A stretch of 42,391 bases of DNA, from positions 1 to 42,391 of IMG/VR virus record IMGVR_UViG_3300037424_001472; one strand, written 5' to 3'. The notes under the pieces were generated by a model. It was not told where the DNA came from. It saw only the letters and a program-made list of their open reading frames with translations, and made no database searches. Shown piece after piece: positions 7,974 to 17,822 of the stretch (position 1 is the first letter of the stretch; each line of letters starts with the position of its first letter). Origin of the DNA: a virus. Lineage: Duplodnaviria; Caudoviricetes. The translations under genes were made by a program, and so were the position numbers.

Positions 7974-8768
7974 CTACGCTTCGGGATTGATTCCCATAGC
8001 TTCCATGATGGCCTTGAGATTCTCGCTGTTTTCCTCCATGGTAGCGATAATCACATCCTCATTTACTTCTGCCTCAACGGTAGCAGATTTTCCCCGTCCC
8101 CGTTGGACGATAGGGGCCATATCGAACCCCTCCCGGATTCCCTTCCGGGCTTGTTCAAGCACGTTTATTGGGGTAAACACGGGTTGACCATACGGGGTTT
8201 TCCCGTATAGCTCAGAGACTTTACACTCGTCTCCTTTGCAATCGTTCCATCGCTTCTGGAACAATGGCCAATCTTCCCCCAAACCGAAAACCGTTTTTCC
8301 GGTTGGAGTTTTTCCCGACCATTCAAAGGTAGGTTTATAGTATACACCATAAACCCTTCGGGTGGCTAACTGTGCCTTGACATGCACACAAAGCGGGATA
8401 CTACCCACCTTGGCCATCATTTTTGGCGGGATTGGGTGGTTTGTCAATCCACCCAAAAGCATGTCTTGCATCAAGGCAATGAAGGGGATTTTCTCCCCCT
8501 GTCTGACAATCTTTTGAAATTGACAGGCACGGTTGCCGTCGATCAGCCCGACGACTTCTTCCTTGTCGCCCTTCTTCTTATGCTCGTCATAGGGCGTATA
8601 CTGTATCCATGGTTCCAGTATACATCCATAGGCGATTGCCATAAGGGTTTCCCAAACCGCCAAGATCATATCACTCTTAGGGGCGTCCGTCTGCGAGGCG
8701 TCCGTCTGCGGGGCGGACTTGGGGGCGGACTTCGGGGCGGACTTGGGGGCGGTCTTCGTTTTCGACAT
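7974..8768 (-). CDS. Hypothetical protein (264 aa) with N-terminal APKS/QTDA repeats
   Basis: Start at the ATG at 8768 after GTGGAGTTAGAACA; MSKTKTAPKSAPKSAPKSAPQTDASQTDAPKS is encoded by 12- and 15-bp tandem repeats at 8681-8756. Confidence 0.75.
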   Translation of the reverse strand: MSKTKTAPKSAPKSAPKSAPQTDASQTDAPKSDMILAVWETLMAIAYGCILEPWIQYTPYDEHKKKGDKEEVVGLIDGNRACQFQKIVRQGEKIPFIALMQDMLLGGLTNHPIPPKMMAKVGSIPLCVHVKAQLATRRVYGVYYKPTFEWSGKTPTGKTVFGLGEDWPLFQKRWNDCKGDECKVSELYGKTPYGQPVFTPINVLEQARKGIREGFDMAPIVQRGRGKSATVEAEVNEDVIIATMEENSENLKAIMEAMGINPEA

Positions 8769-8996
8769 TGTTCTAACTCCACAAAAGAAAACTGTACCTC
8801 TATTCGACGGTAGAGGTTTCCGTTGTAGCCTTGCCGATTGCACCCCCGCAGGGGTTGTTCTTCGGTAGAATGAATTGTCAAGGATCGAACAAGTAGCTTA
8901 TTTGGGAGTAGCTTTCCATACCCCCCGTATTGACCATCCTTGGTCAATGAATTATACAAAAAGTCAAGGGAAAAAAAAACTGTTTTTTATAAAATA

Positions 8997-9025
8997 GTTG
9001 TAAGTGTATGTAACGTAAGCACTTA
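8997..9025. promoter_or_regulatory. TAAGT-N15-ACTTA palindromic site, copy 2
   Basis: GTTGTAAGTG-tatgtaacgtaag-CACTTA; shares GTTGTAAGT with copy 1. Confidence 0.55.
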
Positions 9026-9664
9026 AGTGAGCCACCCGTTAGAACTAGACACATGGCAAACGGGAATATATCGCAAAGCACCTAAATACTCTAGATTACC
9101 CAGATTACCTATTGTGAAAGGATATGAGGGGCGAGCGATTATGAATATGCTAGTTCACATATGACATATATGGCTTTTCTGTAGTGGGCGGAATAAAATC
9201 GTTTCTAAGCATAACCGGGGTAATTACCCTAAAATATCATATAGAATGCATTACGGGCTATCGTAGGGTTTCAAGTATAGCTTAGAATTGATTTTCAAAA
9301 ATTGATTAGAATACCCCCAAAAATAGGTTATTTATTATTACAGTCTAAAATCGCGTAGAATCGTTTATGCTACATGCTAGGTTTGTCGCGAGTAAAGTAT
9401 CCTATTCGGAATTCTATCGCAAGAGACGGGATTCTCCCACAAAAACATAAAGTATATAGATGTTATGGCATATCGTTATGACGGCACATCCAAGTAATCC
9501 GTGTAATTCCTATGGTCATTGTGGCAATTAACTAGTTAGACCGGCTTTTAGCACCAAAAATGATACCCCCCAGATGGCGGGGTTTTCTTGCTGGTGGTAT
9601 AATCTAAGTGAGCTTCAAAAACAATAAAAACATAAGTTCCCCACAAACATTACATATTACACAC

Positions 9665-11113
9665 CTATTCATCACGCATCATTTCAACATCTTCATCATT
9701 AATAATATCTCTACGAATATTTCCATTTTTTATATCTAATATACGCTGTTCTGAACATCTAAAAATCTTAGCGATTTCTTCTATAGTTTTTTTCTTTTGC
9801 TGCAATAAAAATACAATAGTCAGAATAGCACCATTATATAACTTTCTATCGGTTGTAGTATTCATTAATTCTTTATTAATTTTAGCAATTTTGTTGGGTG
9901 GCAATTTTAATTCTTCAGCAATCTTCCATTGAGCCTTTCCATTTATTAGGTCTAATCGTATTTTTTGTAACAACTCATCATCTATAATTATTCTATAAGT
10001 TTTTCTAGATTTTCTTGAAGATTGCTCACCTAATAATTTATCTTTTATCTTTTGTCTTAACTCAGCCTTATTTTCTCCCCAATAATTAAATTGTTTCATT
10101 TGTTTAATGTCGTCGTCAGAAACTAAATGCTTCCAAGAATATCCATGTTTGATGTGATATACAACACTGTTTTTAATATTGTATTCTTTAACTATTTTAG
10201 CACAAGAAACACCATTTTTTATTTTATCTACTATTTCTAAACATTGTTTATTTGTAATATATGTTGATGGATGATTTTCTCCTAATAACGGAATTATTAA
10301 ACCATCCTTTTTGGCGTCTTGTATATTTTCATAACTGGTGCCCAATTTTAGATGATGGGGATTACAGCATAATTTATTATTACAAATATGTAAAACCATC
10401 ATTCCATTTGGCCATTCATTGTAATGTAAGTAATAAGCTATTCTATGAGCCGCATACGATTTATAACTACAAGATTTTTGACCGTACCCCTTTATTTGTG
10501 AGCCCATCCATTCCCAACATTTATTATTATCATCACTAACATCAACCTTTTTCCAAAACTTTTTCTTTTGCATCTCTGTCATTTGTGGTTCTGGTAATAG
10601 TTGTACAATATTATATAAATATTTTTCATATATACTTGATAAATATTCCTGTTCCTTATTGGCATAATCCTTTGTTTTACATAATATTCCAATGTTGAAA
10701 TTCTCTATTATCCAATCATCTTGTAATGATTTATTCTCATGTTTATTATTATTTAATAAATCATAATGTTGTTTGACTCGTAACTTAATATCTTCAGCAC
10801 TTCCAATATACATTTTACTAGAAAACCTATGTTTTATACAATACACTCCACAAATATTATCAAAACAATTATTATTAAAAAAATAATCGAACTTATATTC
10901 TCTAAAACTATGAGTGCCTTTTTGTTTTAGTCCGCACTCTTTAGCCGTCATTGTAACTGACGAAACTGATTTATTAAGTGCTTCCGCTAATTCTTTGGCT
11001 GTCATATCATAATAATGTTCTCGTAAAAATTTTAACTCTGTATAATGCCATTGTTTTCTTTTCTTTCTTGGTTGCGAATCTTTAATACCTTTTGGTCGTC
11101 CTGTTTTATTCAT
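9665..11113 (-). CDS. Multi-domain homing endonuclease: GIY-YIG plus HNH, with HTH-like modules
   Basis: GVYCIKH...KMYIGSAEDIKLRVKQH...HENKSLQDDW (GIY-YIG); CWEWMG...GYG...AHRIAY...VLHICNNKLCCNPHHLKLGTSYEN (HNH); N- and C-terminal HTH-like segments; GGAG RBS. Confidence 0.85.
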   Translation of the reverse strand: MNKTGRPKGIKDSQPRKKRKQWHYTELKFLREHYYDMTAKELAEALNKSVSSVTMTAKECGLKQKGTHSFREYKFDYFFNNNCFDNICGVYCIKHRFSSKMYIGSAEDIKLRVKQHYDLLNNNKHENKSLQDDWIIENFNIGILCKTKDYANKEQEYLSSIYEKYLYNIVQLLPEPQMTEMQKKKFWKKVDVSDDNNKCWEWMGSQIKGYGQKSCSYKSYAAHRIAYYLHYNEWPNGMMVLHICNNKLCCNPHHLKLGTSYENIQDAKKDGLIIPLLGENHPSTYITNKQCLEIVDKIKNGVSCAKIVKEYNIKNSVVYHIKHGYSWKHLVSDDDIKQMKQFNYWGENKAELRQKIKDKLLGEQSSRKSRKTYRIIIDDELLQKIRLDLINGKAQWKIAEELKLPPNKIAKINKELMNTTTDRKLYNGAILTIVFLLQQKKKTIEEIAKIFRCSEQRILDIKNGNIRRDIINDEDVEMMRDE

Positions 11114-11187
11114 AATGTTCTCCGAAAAGTAATGACTAATATAATAGGCGAGGATATATATTCTGTTGTGATACCCCTATATATATA

Positions 11188-11201
11188 ATTATAGTTGTAT
11201 T
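11188..11201 (-). promoter_or_regulatory. AATACAACTATAAT promoter-like motif facing left
   Basis: Exact 14-mer also at 11635-11648 on the plus strand; contains TATAAT; 75 nt upstream of the 11113 start. Confidence 0.6.
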
Positions 11202-11634
11202 AGGTAAATAATGGTTGCAAAAAAATAAAATTTTTACAACCTTTTTTAAATATATCATACCCACTAACTACTTTACATAATACATTTATGGTTTATATAT
11301 ATGTGATGATTACTATATGTGTGTTGTTGTATAAATGAATTAAAAAGGAAAGTAATATGGGGGAAAATATAATTTGTGAAAAATATAGTTTAGTAAAAAA
11401 TATCGTTGATAAAAAATATATGGTGACTTATATAATATAATCTCTAATTTATTTACCCAAATATTTAACGGGACTTCCCAAAAAATATGACGATCTCACA
11501 AAATAATGATTACTTCCCTAACTACATTACTTCTTACACCCCATAGATAAACTCTTCCTTTTTAATATGAGCGTAGCGAATTTTGTTTAAAATAAATAAA
11601 CCTTCTTTACTAAAAAATAAAACTTTCTTTACTA

Positions 11635-11648
11635 AATACAACTATAAT
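11635..11648 (+). promoter_or_regulatory. AATACAACTATAAT promoter-like motif facing right
   Basis: Exact match to the leftward copy; about 50 nt upstream of the first gene of the right arm. Confidence 0.6.
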
Positions 11649-11700
11649 ATAGATAGATAAATTAAACATAAATATTTATAAATAACAAGGAATTGGAATA

Positions 11701-11931
11701 ATGGGTGATACGAACAATAATAATATTAATGATAATAATCCAAAATTGATTAATAGTGTCTTGATTGCCTCCGCTATGTATCCAAAAGACATATTAGATG
11801 AATTAGAAAAAGAAGATCCGGAAACATTAGAGGTAGCATTGGCAAAAATAATAGAGAATGATTATGTTATAAAAAATAACAATTTATGTATTAACAAATA
11901 TGGCAGTGGATGTTGTGAATACAGCCAATAA
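11701..11931 (+). CDS. Hypothetical protein (76 aa)
   Basis: AAGGA RBS; 2 nt before the next gene. Confidence 0.6.
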   Translation: MGDTNNNNINDNNPKLINSVLIASAMYPKDILDELEKEDPETLEVALAKIIENDYVIKNNNLCINKYGSGCCEYSQ

Positions 11932-11933
11932 TT

Positions 11934-12527
11934 ATGAACACAACCAATAATATAGATAAATATACCTTAGATAAATATATTTTAGATATAATAAATAAAA
12001 CTGCTAAGAATCTCGCCCCATTTTTTACCTTTAGTTATTATGATGTTGAAGATATTGAACAAGAAATTCGTATATTATGTCTTAAAATACTAAATAATTA
12101 CGAAGAAGAAAAGAGCGATTTATACACATTTTTATTTATGAATGCCAGAAATGCCATGATAGATTTGCGAAGGTCAAAACTAAGCCGAACTATACTTAAG
12201 CCTGACGATAATTGTTCAGTAGAAGAATATAAAAAATACCAAAAAAAAATAACTCATAATAATAAAAAGAAAAGTGTGGCGGAACCCCAATTATTATCTG
12301 AGGAATTATTGGCGGATAACTTATCGGTGGAATATGATTTAGCGGGCGATATGGATAAAAAATATATATTTTCTGTAATAGATAGGGAAGTCCCTACTAA
12401 ACTACGCAGGGAATATCTTATATACTTAGAGGGTGGAAAATTATCTTATTATGATAAATTATTAGTTTTACGAACTATAAGGGAAATAGCAGAAAAGTAT
12501 GGATTTGATAAATGGGGAAATGACTAA
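11934..12527 (+). CDS. RNA polymerase sigma-factor-like protein (sigma70 region 2); candidate late sigma
   Basis: DVEDIEQEIRILCLKILNNY...LYTFLFMNARNAMIDLRRSK matches the sigma70 region-2 pattern. Confidence 0.75.
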   Translation: MNTTNNIDKYTLDKYILDIINKTAKNLAPFFTFSYYDVEDIEQEIRILCLKILNNYEEEKSDLYTFLFMNARNAMIDLRRSKLSRTILKPDDNCSVEEYKKYQKKITHNNKKKSVAEPQLLSEELLADNLSVEYDLAGDMDKKYIFSVIDREVPTKLRREYLIYLEGGKLSYYDKLLVLRTIREIAEKYGFDKWGND

Positions 12528-12529
12528 TA

Positions 12530-13327
12530 ATGGGAAGATTAAGTAATAACGAAAAAGAATTAATTTATGTGGATTTTGTTGCCGGATTAACTGAAGACAC
12601 AATTTGCACAAAATATAATAGACCGCTCATAACAATTCAGGAAGCTATAAAAAATATAAGTGGGAAGTTAGAAAGAAAAAAAACCAAAACAATCATAATT
12701 GATAGTGTTGGCGAATTAAAATCTAAGCATTTTTGGCCCGAACTACAAAAACAATTAACCGGAATAGAATTGGAATATTTTGCGGAATCTTGGGGAAAGT
12801 TAGTAAAACAATTTAGTCAATACGACATTTTGGAAACAGATGAAATGATTATGAAGGACTTAATTGTTCACGACATTTTGATCAATAGAAATTTATCACA
12901 AAAGAAAAGTTTGATGGAGGAAATTGAATTTTACGAGAAAGAATTAAGTGGCGAATTTAAAAAAGAACCAAGAGATCAGCAAAAAATAACTTATTGTCAT
13001 AATAAATTAAGTAATGCCAGATCTTCATTAAGCGATTTGGAAAAGGTTCACGACGCACTACAAAAAAGAAAAGATCAAAAATTTCGCGATATGAAGGCAA
13101 CACGAGATTTACGATATAAACAAATTGAGGATTCTAAAAAAACCTGGTTTGAGATGATGAAAGAATTAGATGCTTATAATGTGCGAAATAAAGAGGGGGA
13201 ATGGTTGGCTTATATGAAAAAGTCGGTTGATCAAGAAGAGGCTAGATTATCAGAATTTCACCAATTTGCAGATGGGGAATTTGATCAAATATTATTGAAT
13301 GCAGAAACGGTTAAAGATAAAAGTTAA
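12530..13327 (+). CDS. Coiled-coil protein with N-terminal HTH-like segment; possible terminase small subunit
   Basis: GRLSNNEKELI...ICTKYNRPLITIQ N-terminus plus a long helical region; located upstream of TerL. The function is positional inference only. Confidence 0.45.
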   Translation: MGRLSNNEKELIYVDFVAGLTEDTICTKYNRPLITIQEAIKNISGKLERKKTKTIIIDSVGELKSKHFWPELQKQLTGIELEYFAESWGKLVKQFSQYDILETDEMIMKDLIVHDILINRNLSQKKSLMEEIEFYEKELSGEFKKEPRDQQKITYCHNKLSNARSSLSDLEKVHDALQKRKDQKFRDMKATRDLRYKQIEDSKKTWFEMMKELDAYNVRNKEGEWLAYMKKSVDQEEARLSEFHQFADGEFDQILLNAETVKDKS

Positions 13328-13356
13328 ACAAATCAAGAATTAAAAAGGAGAGGGTT

Positions 13357-13878
13357 GTGAAACCTACAGTTATATACAACTTATATAGGAAAATATTTAA
13401 TTGGATTATAACGCCATTCAAGCCAAAATCAGATAGTTTATATATAGAAAATATTAATGACGTAGATATAAAATTACAAAAAGACTTAGAACAGTACTTT
13501 ATATCCAAATTAGATTATTATTTTATACATGATATGGTATATATACTAGATTTAGAGTTGCGACATCAATTAGATATTATTGTTGCCAGTAATTATAATA
13601 TAGAAGAAATTGATAAAGCATATAAAATATTATCAACATACAATGATCAAATTAAAGTAAAAGATAATGATTCAAAAAGAAATCTAAAAAATAATTTAGA
13701 TCGAATTAATTATTTATTAGTATATATAGAAAAACTTGGTGATATTGGCAAACAATATCTAAGTGTTAATATATACAATAAATATTTTGATAGTATTAAA
13801 CAATTATTAAACTCTTTAACAATTACTAAAAGTGTTATAGAAGATAAATTAGAAGAATTTGTCGTTTTATCAATATAA
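13357..13878 (+). CDS. Hypothetical protein (173 aa)
   Basis: GTG start with AAGGAGAGG RBS. Confidence 0.65.
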   Translation: MKPTVIYNLYRKIFNWIITPFKPKSDSLYIENINDVDIKLQKDLEQYFISKLDYYFIHDMVYILDLELRHQLDIIVASNYNIEEIDKAYKILSTYNDQIKVKDNDSKRNLKNNLDRINYLLVYIEKLGDIGKQYLSVNIYNKYFDSIKQLLNSLTITKSVIEDKLEEFVVLSI

Positions 13879-13920
13879 CTTCCTTTTTTAATTTTTAGGA
13901 CATCACAGGAGACATAACAA

Positions 13921-14964
13921 ATGGAAAAGACAGCGGTTGTGTTTGGTGCTACAGGCCAGGTGGGGTCGTATTTATGTGAATCGTTATTAGAAAAAGGGTA
14001 TAATGTAGTTGGTATAAAACGAAGATCTAGCACAAATAATTGTTGGCGTCTAAAAAATATACTAACATTTCCTTATTTTAATTTAGCCGAAGGCGACATT
14101 ACTGACGCCGTATCTATATATAATGTTATTGGCGAGCATAAACCTAATGAGATATACGCATGTGCGGCACAGTCTCATGTGCATACATCGTTTGAACAAC
14201 CTCAATACACAGCTATGGTTGATTATATTGGGCAAATTAATATTTTAGAAGCAATGAGAAAATTTGATATACAATCTAAATTAATGTTCTGTGCGACCAG
14301 TGAAATGTTTGGTAGTAGTATGGGAAATTTATACACTAGAGGTACTGAAGAAGATCCGAATTTAGCATTTTATTATCAGAATGAAAAAACTGAGTTATGC
14401 CCACAATCCCCATATGCTATATCCAAAGTAGCTGCTTTTCAAACCAATAAATTATATAGAACAGCATACAATATGTTTATATGCTCGGCGATTATGTTTA
14501 ATAATGAATCTCCGCGACGAGGTGAAGAATTTGTGACCAGAAAAATCACAAAATGGATAGGTGATAATTATTCTAAAATAAAACTTGGATATCAACCGTT
14601 GGTTAATGCTGATAAGCTAAATTTAGGAAACCTTGATGCTAGTAGAGACTGGGGTTCTAGTAAAGATTATGTCGAAGCACTTCAATTGATGTTACAGCAA
14701 GAATCTCCAGATGATTATGTAATAGCTACGGGTGAAACCCATACAATAAAAGAATTATTAGATGTTGCATTTGGTTATATTAATATTACGGATTGGACAC
14801 CATATGTTTATGTTAATCCAAAATTTATTAGACCTGCGGAGGTTCCATATTTACGTGGGGATATGAGTAAAGCGAGGGAAAAATTAGGATGGTCACCAAC
14901 GACAACTTTTAAAGAGCTAATTGAAGAAATGGTCGAGTCTGATATTCGTAAAGAGAATAGATAA
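13921..14964 (+). CDS. gmd: GDP-mannose 4,6-dehydratase
   Basis: GATGQVG, KRRSS, AAQSHVHTSF, TSEMFG, PQSPYAISK (YxxxK), ESPRRGEEFVTRKIT, LGNLDASRDWG, RPAEV. Confidence 0.95.
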   Translation: MEKTAVVFGATGQVGSYLCESLLEKGYNVVGIKRRSSTNNCWRLKNILTFPYFNLAEGDITDAVSIYNVIGEHKPNEIYACAAQSHVHTSFEQPQYTAMVDYIGQINILEAMRKFDIQSKLMFCATSEMFGSSMGNLYTRGTEEDPNLAFYYQNEKTELCPQSPYAISKVAAFQTNKLYRTAYNMFICSAIMFNNESPRRGEEFVTRKITKWIGDNYSKIKLGYQPLVNADKLNLGNLDASRDWGSSKDYVEALQLMLQQESPDDYVIATGETHTIKELLDVAFGYINITDWTPYVYVNPKFIRPAEVPYLRGDMSKAREKLGWSPTTTFKELIEEMVESDIRKENR

Positions 14965-15443
14965 TGATAAATAAAGATTATTACCCCGTATTAATATGCG
15001 ATACCCGCGAAAAAAACCCCCTATCTATTCCAGACAATAAAGTGTTTGGGGAAATTCAAAGACAAAAACTTGATACCGGCGATTATAGTATTGCCGGATT
15101 AGAAGATTCTTTGTGTATTGAAAGAAAAGGTGCGGTGAGTGAATTTGCCACAAATATTTTTCAAGCTAGATTTGATAGAGAATTACAAAGAATGGTGAAT
15201 TATAAATACGCTTTTGTATTATTGGAATTTAATATAGATGATTTATTAAAATTTCCTTATGGTAGTGGGTTACCAAAATACGCAGTAAAAAAGATACATT
15301 ATAATGGGAAATTGTTATTAAAGAAATTAACCGAATTCCAATGTAAATATCCCAATATTCATTTTATATTTTGCGGAGACAATATAATGGATATTTTATA
15401 TTCTGTTTGTAAGCGGGTTATAGAGATAGAGTTTAAGAAATAG
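14964..15443 (+). CDS. ERCC4-domain (XPF/Mus81-like) nuclease
   Basis: DTREK...LDTGDYSI...CIERKG...RFDRELQRM; TAATG-coupled to gmd. Confidence 0.85.
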   Translation: MINKDYYPVLICDTREKNPLSIPDNKVFGEIQRQKLDTGDYSIAGLEDSLCIERKGAVSEFATNIFQARFDRELQRMVNYKYAFVLLEFNIDDLLKFPYGSGLPKYAVKKIHYNGKLLLKKLTEFQCKYPNIHFIFCGDNIMDILYSVCKRVIEIEFKK

Positions 15444-15484
15444 TTAGAATTTAAGAAATAGTTATTATACATATATAAAAAATA

Positions 15485-17623
15485 ATGAGTAAAAAGCCGG
15501 TTTTATATCAAAACAAATTAATATTACCTAAGAAATCTAAACTGATTGAGGCAGCCAATATCTCTAATGATTATGATAAATATTTATCTAAAGTTGGAGT
15601 AGAAAAATTATTAGAATATTCTTATTTAAACTTGCAACCGAGAGATTTTTTAGAAGTAAATAATGAATTATTGGATAGAGACCCATCTAAAAAGTATGAA
15701 AATCCACTATTTGAATTGATGGATTTTATGAGGCAACCAGAAAATTTTGCTTTTACTTGTAAGTGGTTGTTAGGTATAGATTTGTTACCATTCCAAGTTG
15801 TTGTGTTAAAAGAATTATGGGAAAGAAAATATCCTATTTTAATTATGGCTCGCGGAGGAAGTAAATCGTGGACTTTGGCATTATATTCTGTGTTACGGGT
15901 ATTATTTTGTCCTGGTAGTAAAATTATTTTTGTCGGTGCAGGTTTTCGTCAATCTAAAATTTTATTTGAATATGTAGAAAGTTTTTTTCGTGCTTCAGCT
16001 ATTTTTAGAAATATTATTGGCAATAATAGATCGCAAGGACCAAAGCACGATACCGATAGACATAGCTTTTATGCTGGAGATAGCGTTATTCATGCATTGC
16101 CTATTGGTGACGGACAAAAGATTCGCGGGATGAGGGCAACAAACATAATTTCCGACGAATTTCATAGTATGATTCAAGAAATTTTTGAAGTAGTTATTGA
16201 AGGGTTCGCTTCAGTTAATATTAATCCCGTACAAAACGTAAAAAGAGTTAGCGATAGAAAATTATTAGAAAAGATTGGTATTCCTACTAGAACAGATAAT
16301 GAGGAAGAGGCTGGAAATCAAACAATTATTTCAGGCACATCTTTTTATGCGTTTAACCATTTTTATTCATACTTCCAAAGATATAGAGCCATTATACAGA
16401 GTAAGGGTGATACTAAAAAATTAGAAGAAATATTTAATGGAGAAGTGCCTTCTAAATTTGATTGGAGAGATTATAGCGTTATTAGAATTCCTTGGGATAA
16501 AATCCCTGAAGGTATGATGGATGAAACTCATATTGCCAAAGCAAAAGCTTTGATGCATTCAAGTCGTTACAATATGGAATATAATTGCATCTTCGTTCTT
16601 GATAGTGACGGATTCTTTAAACGAACATTAATAGAAAGTTGTGTAACGCCCACAGAAATAATGTCTGGAAAAGTAGAATTTAGAGCTTCAATTACAGGGT
16701 TATCAAATAGAAAATATGTATATGGTGTTGATCCGGCATCTGAAGATGATAATTTCACAATAGTTATTATTGAGATACACGAAGACCACAGAAGAATAGT
16801 TTATGGGTGGAGTGCTAATAAACAGAAGTTACGAGAACGCTTGAAAAAGGTTGGGCAAAATAGTAGTTCTGTTTCTTATTATAGTTATTGTGCAAGAAAA
16901 ATTCGCGATTTGATGAAATATTTTCCTACAGAACATATAGCTGTTGATAAACAGGGTGGCGGAATATCTTTAATTGAAGCTTTACACCATCAACCAGATA
17001 TAGAACCGGGAGAATATCAAATTTGGCCATATTTAGTTAGAGGAAAAGATGATCCATTTTGGTGGGAAAAAGCAGAAAAACCCACTGATAATGAATCTGG
17101 TTTACATATACTTCACGAATTCCAATTTGCCGATTCTAAATTAGTTGAGGAGGCTAATCATGCATTAAGAAAAGATTTGGAAACAAAAACTTTACTTTTC
17201 CCAATTTTTGATCCAGTTGAAATAGGATTATCTGTAGAAAATGATATAGCGGAAGGTAGGGAGTATGATACGTTGGAAGATTGTGTGTTAGAAATAGAAG
17301 AATTAAAAAATGAATTATCAACTATTACACACTCGCGAACCCCTACAGGAAAAGATAAATGGTCAACTCCAGAAGTTAAGGAGGTGGGAGGAAGAATTGG
17401 GAGATTACGAAAAGATAGATATTCAGCGTTAGTAATGGCAAATCAAGTAGCCAGAACTATAGGAAACACGATAGGAAAAATTCCGTATCAAACCGTAGGT
17501 GGATATGTTAGCAGATCTAAAAAGAAAGACACACCAAGCGGTCCAGCTTATTATGGTGCATCTCATGTTGTTGAGAAACTATCTCAATATGTAGGCTGTG
17601 GCGTATATAAAAGTAATGATTAA
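15485..17623 (+). CDS. terL: Terminase large subunit
   Basis: LLPFQ (adenine-binding), MARGGSKS (Walker A), RGMRA..IISDEF (Walker B), YGVDPA, AVDKQGGG and KDRYSALVMA (RNase H-like nuclease). Confidence 0.92.
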   Translation: MSKKPVLYQNKLILPKKSKLIEAANISNDYDKYLSKVGVEKLLEYSYLNLQPRDFLEVNNELLDRDPSKKYENPLFELMDFMRQPENFAFTCKWLLGIDLLPFQVVVLKELWERKYPILIMARGGSKSWTLALYSVLRVLFCPGSKIIFVGAGFRQSKILFEYVESFFRASAIFRNIIGNNRSQGPKHDTDRHSFYAGDSVIHALPIGDGQKIRGMRATNIISDEFHSMIQEIFEVVIEGFASVNINPVQNVKRVSDRKLLEKIGIPTRTDNEEEAGNQTIISGTSFYAFNHFYSYFQRYRAIIQSKGDTKKLEEIFNGEVPSKFDWRDYSVIRIPWDKIPEGMMDETHIAKAKALMHSSRYNMEYNCIFVLDSDGFFKRTLIESCVTPTEIMSGKVEFRASITGLSNRKYVYGVDPASEDDNFTIVIIEIHEDHRRIVYGWSANKQKLRERLKKVGQNSSSVSYYSYCARKIRDLMKYFPTEHIAVDKQGGGISLIEALHHQPDIEPGEYQIWPYLVRGKDDPFWWEKAEKPTDNESGLHILHEFQFADSKLVEEANHALRKDLETKTLLFPIFDPVEIGLSVENDIAEGREYDTLEDCVLEIEELKNELSTITHSRTPTGKDKWSTPEVKEVGGRIGRLRKDRYSALVMANQVARTIGNTIGKIPYQTVGGYVSRSKKKDTPSGPAYYGASHVVEKLSQYVGCGVYKSND

Positions 17624-17755
17624 AAAGGGAAATTATATGGGCGTGTAATTAGTTATATTGTTGGGTTATATTATCAATTTTCCCTCTATACTTCTTCCTT
17701 TTAATTTTTTTATCAAAAAACAAGGTTTTTACAGAAAAATTTTGAGTTTACAATA

Positions 17756-17771
17756 AAAATATCGTATAATA
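17756..17771 (+). promoter_or_regulatory. Putative late promoter AAAATATCGTATAATA
   Basis: About 50 nt upstream of portal; the same core lies upstream of the protease and tail-tube genes. Confidence 0.75.
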
Positions 17772-17822
17772 GTATTGGAAAGAGATTACAATCCAATTAC
17801 AATCTGATTACGAAAGCAAGAT

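Noticed and set aside
11265-11289. Possible fourth TAAGT-N15-ACTTA site (TAACT...ATTTA)
   Set aside because: Both arms are mismatched and the spacing is 14.
11569-11580. GAGCGTAGCGAA resembling single-strand-origin motifs
   Set aside because: Single short match with no supporting hairpin.
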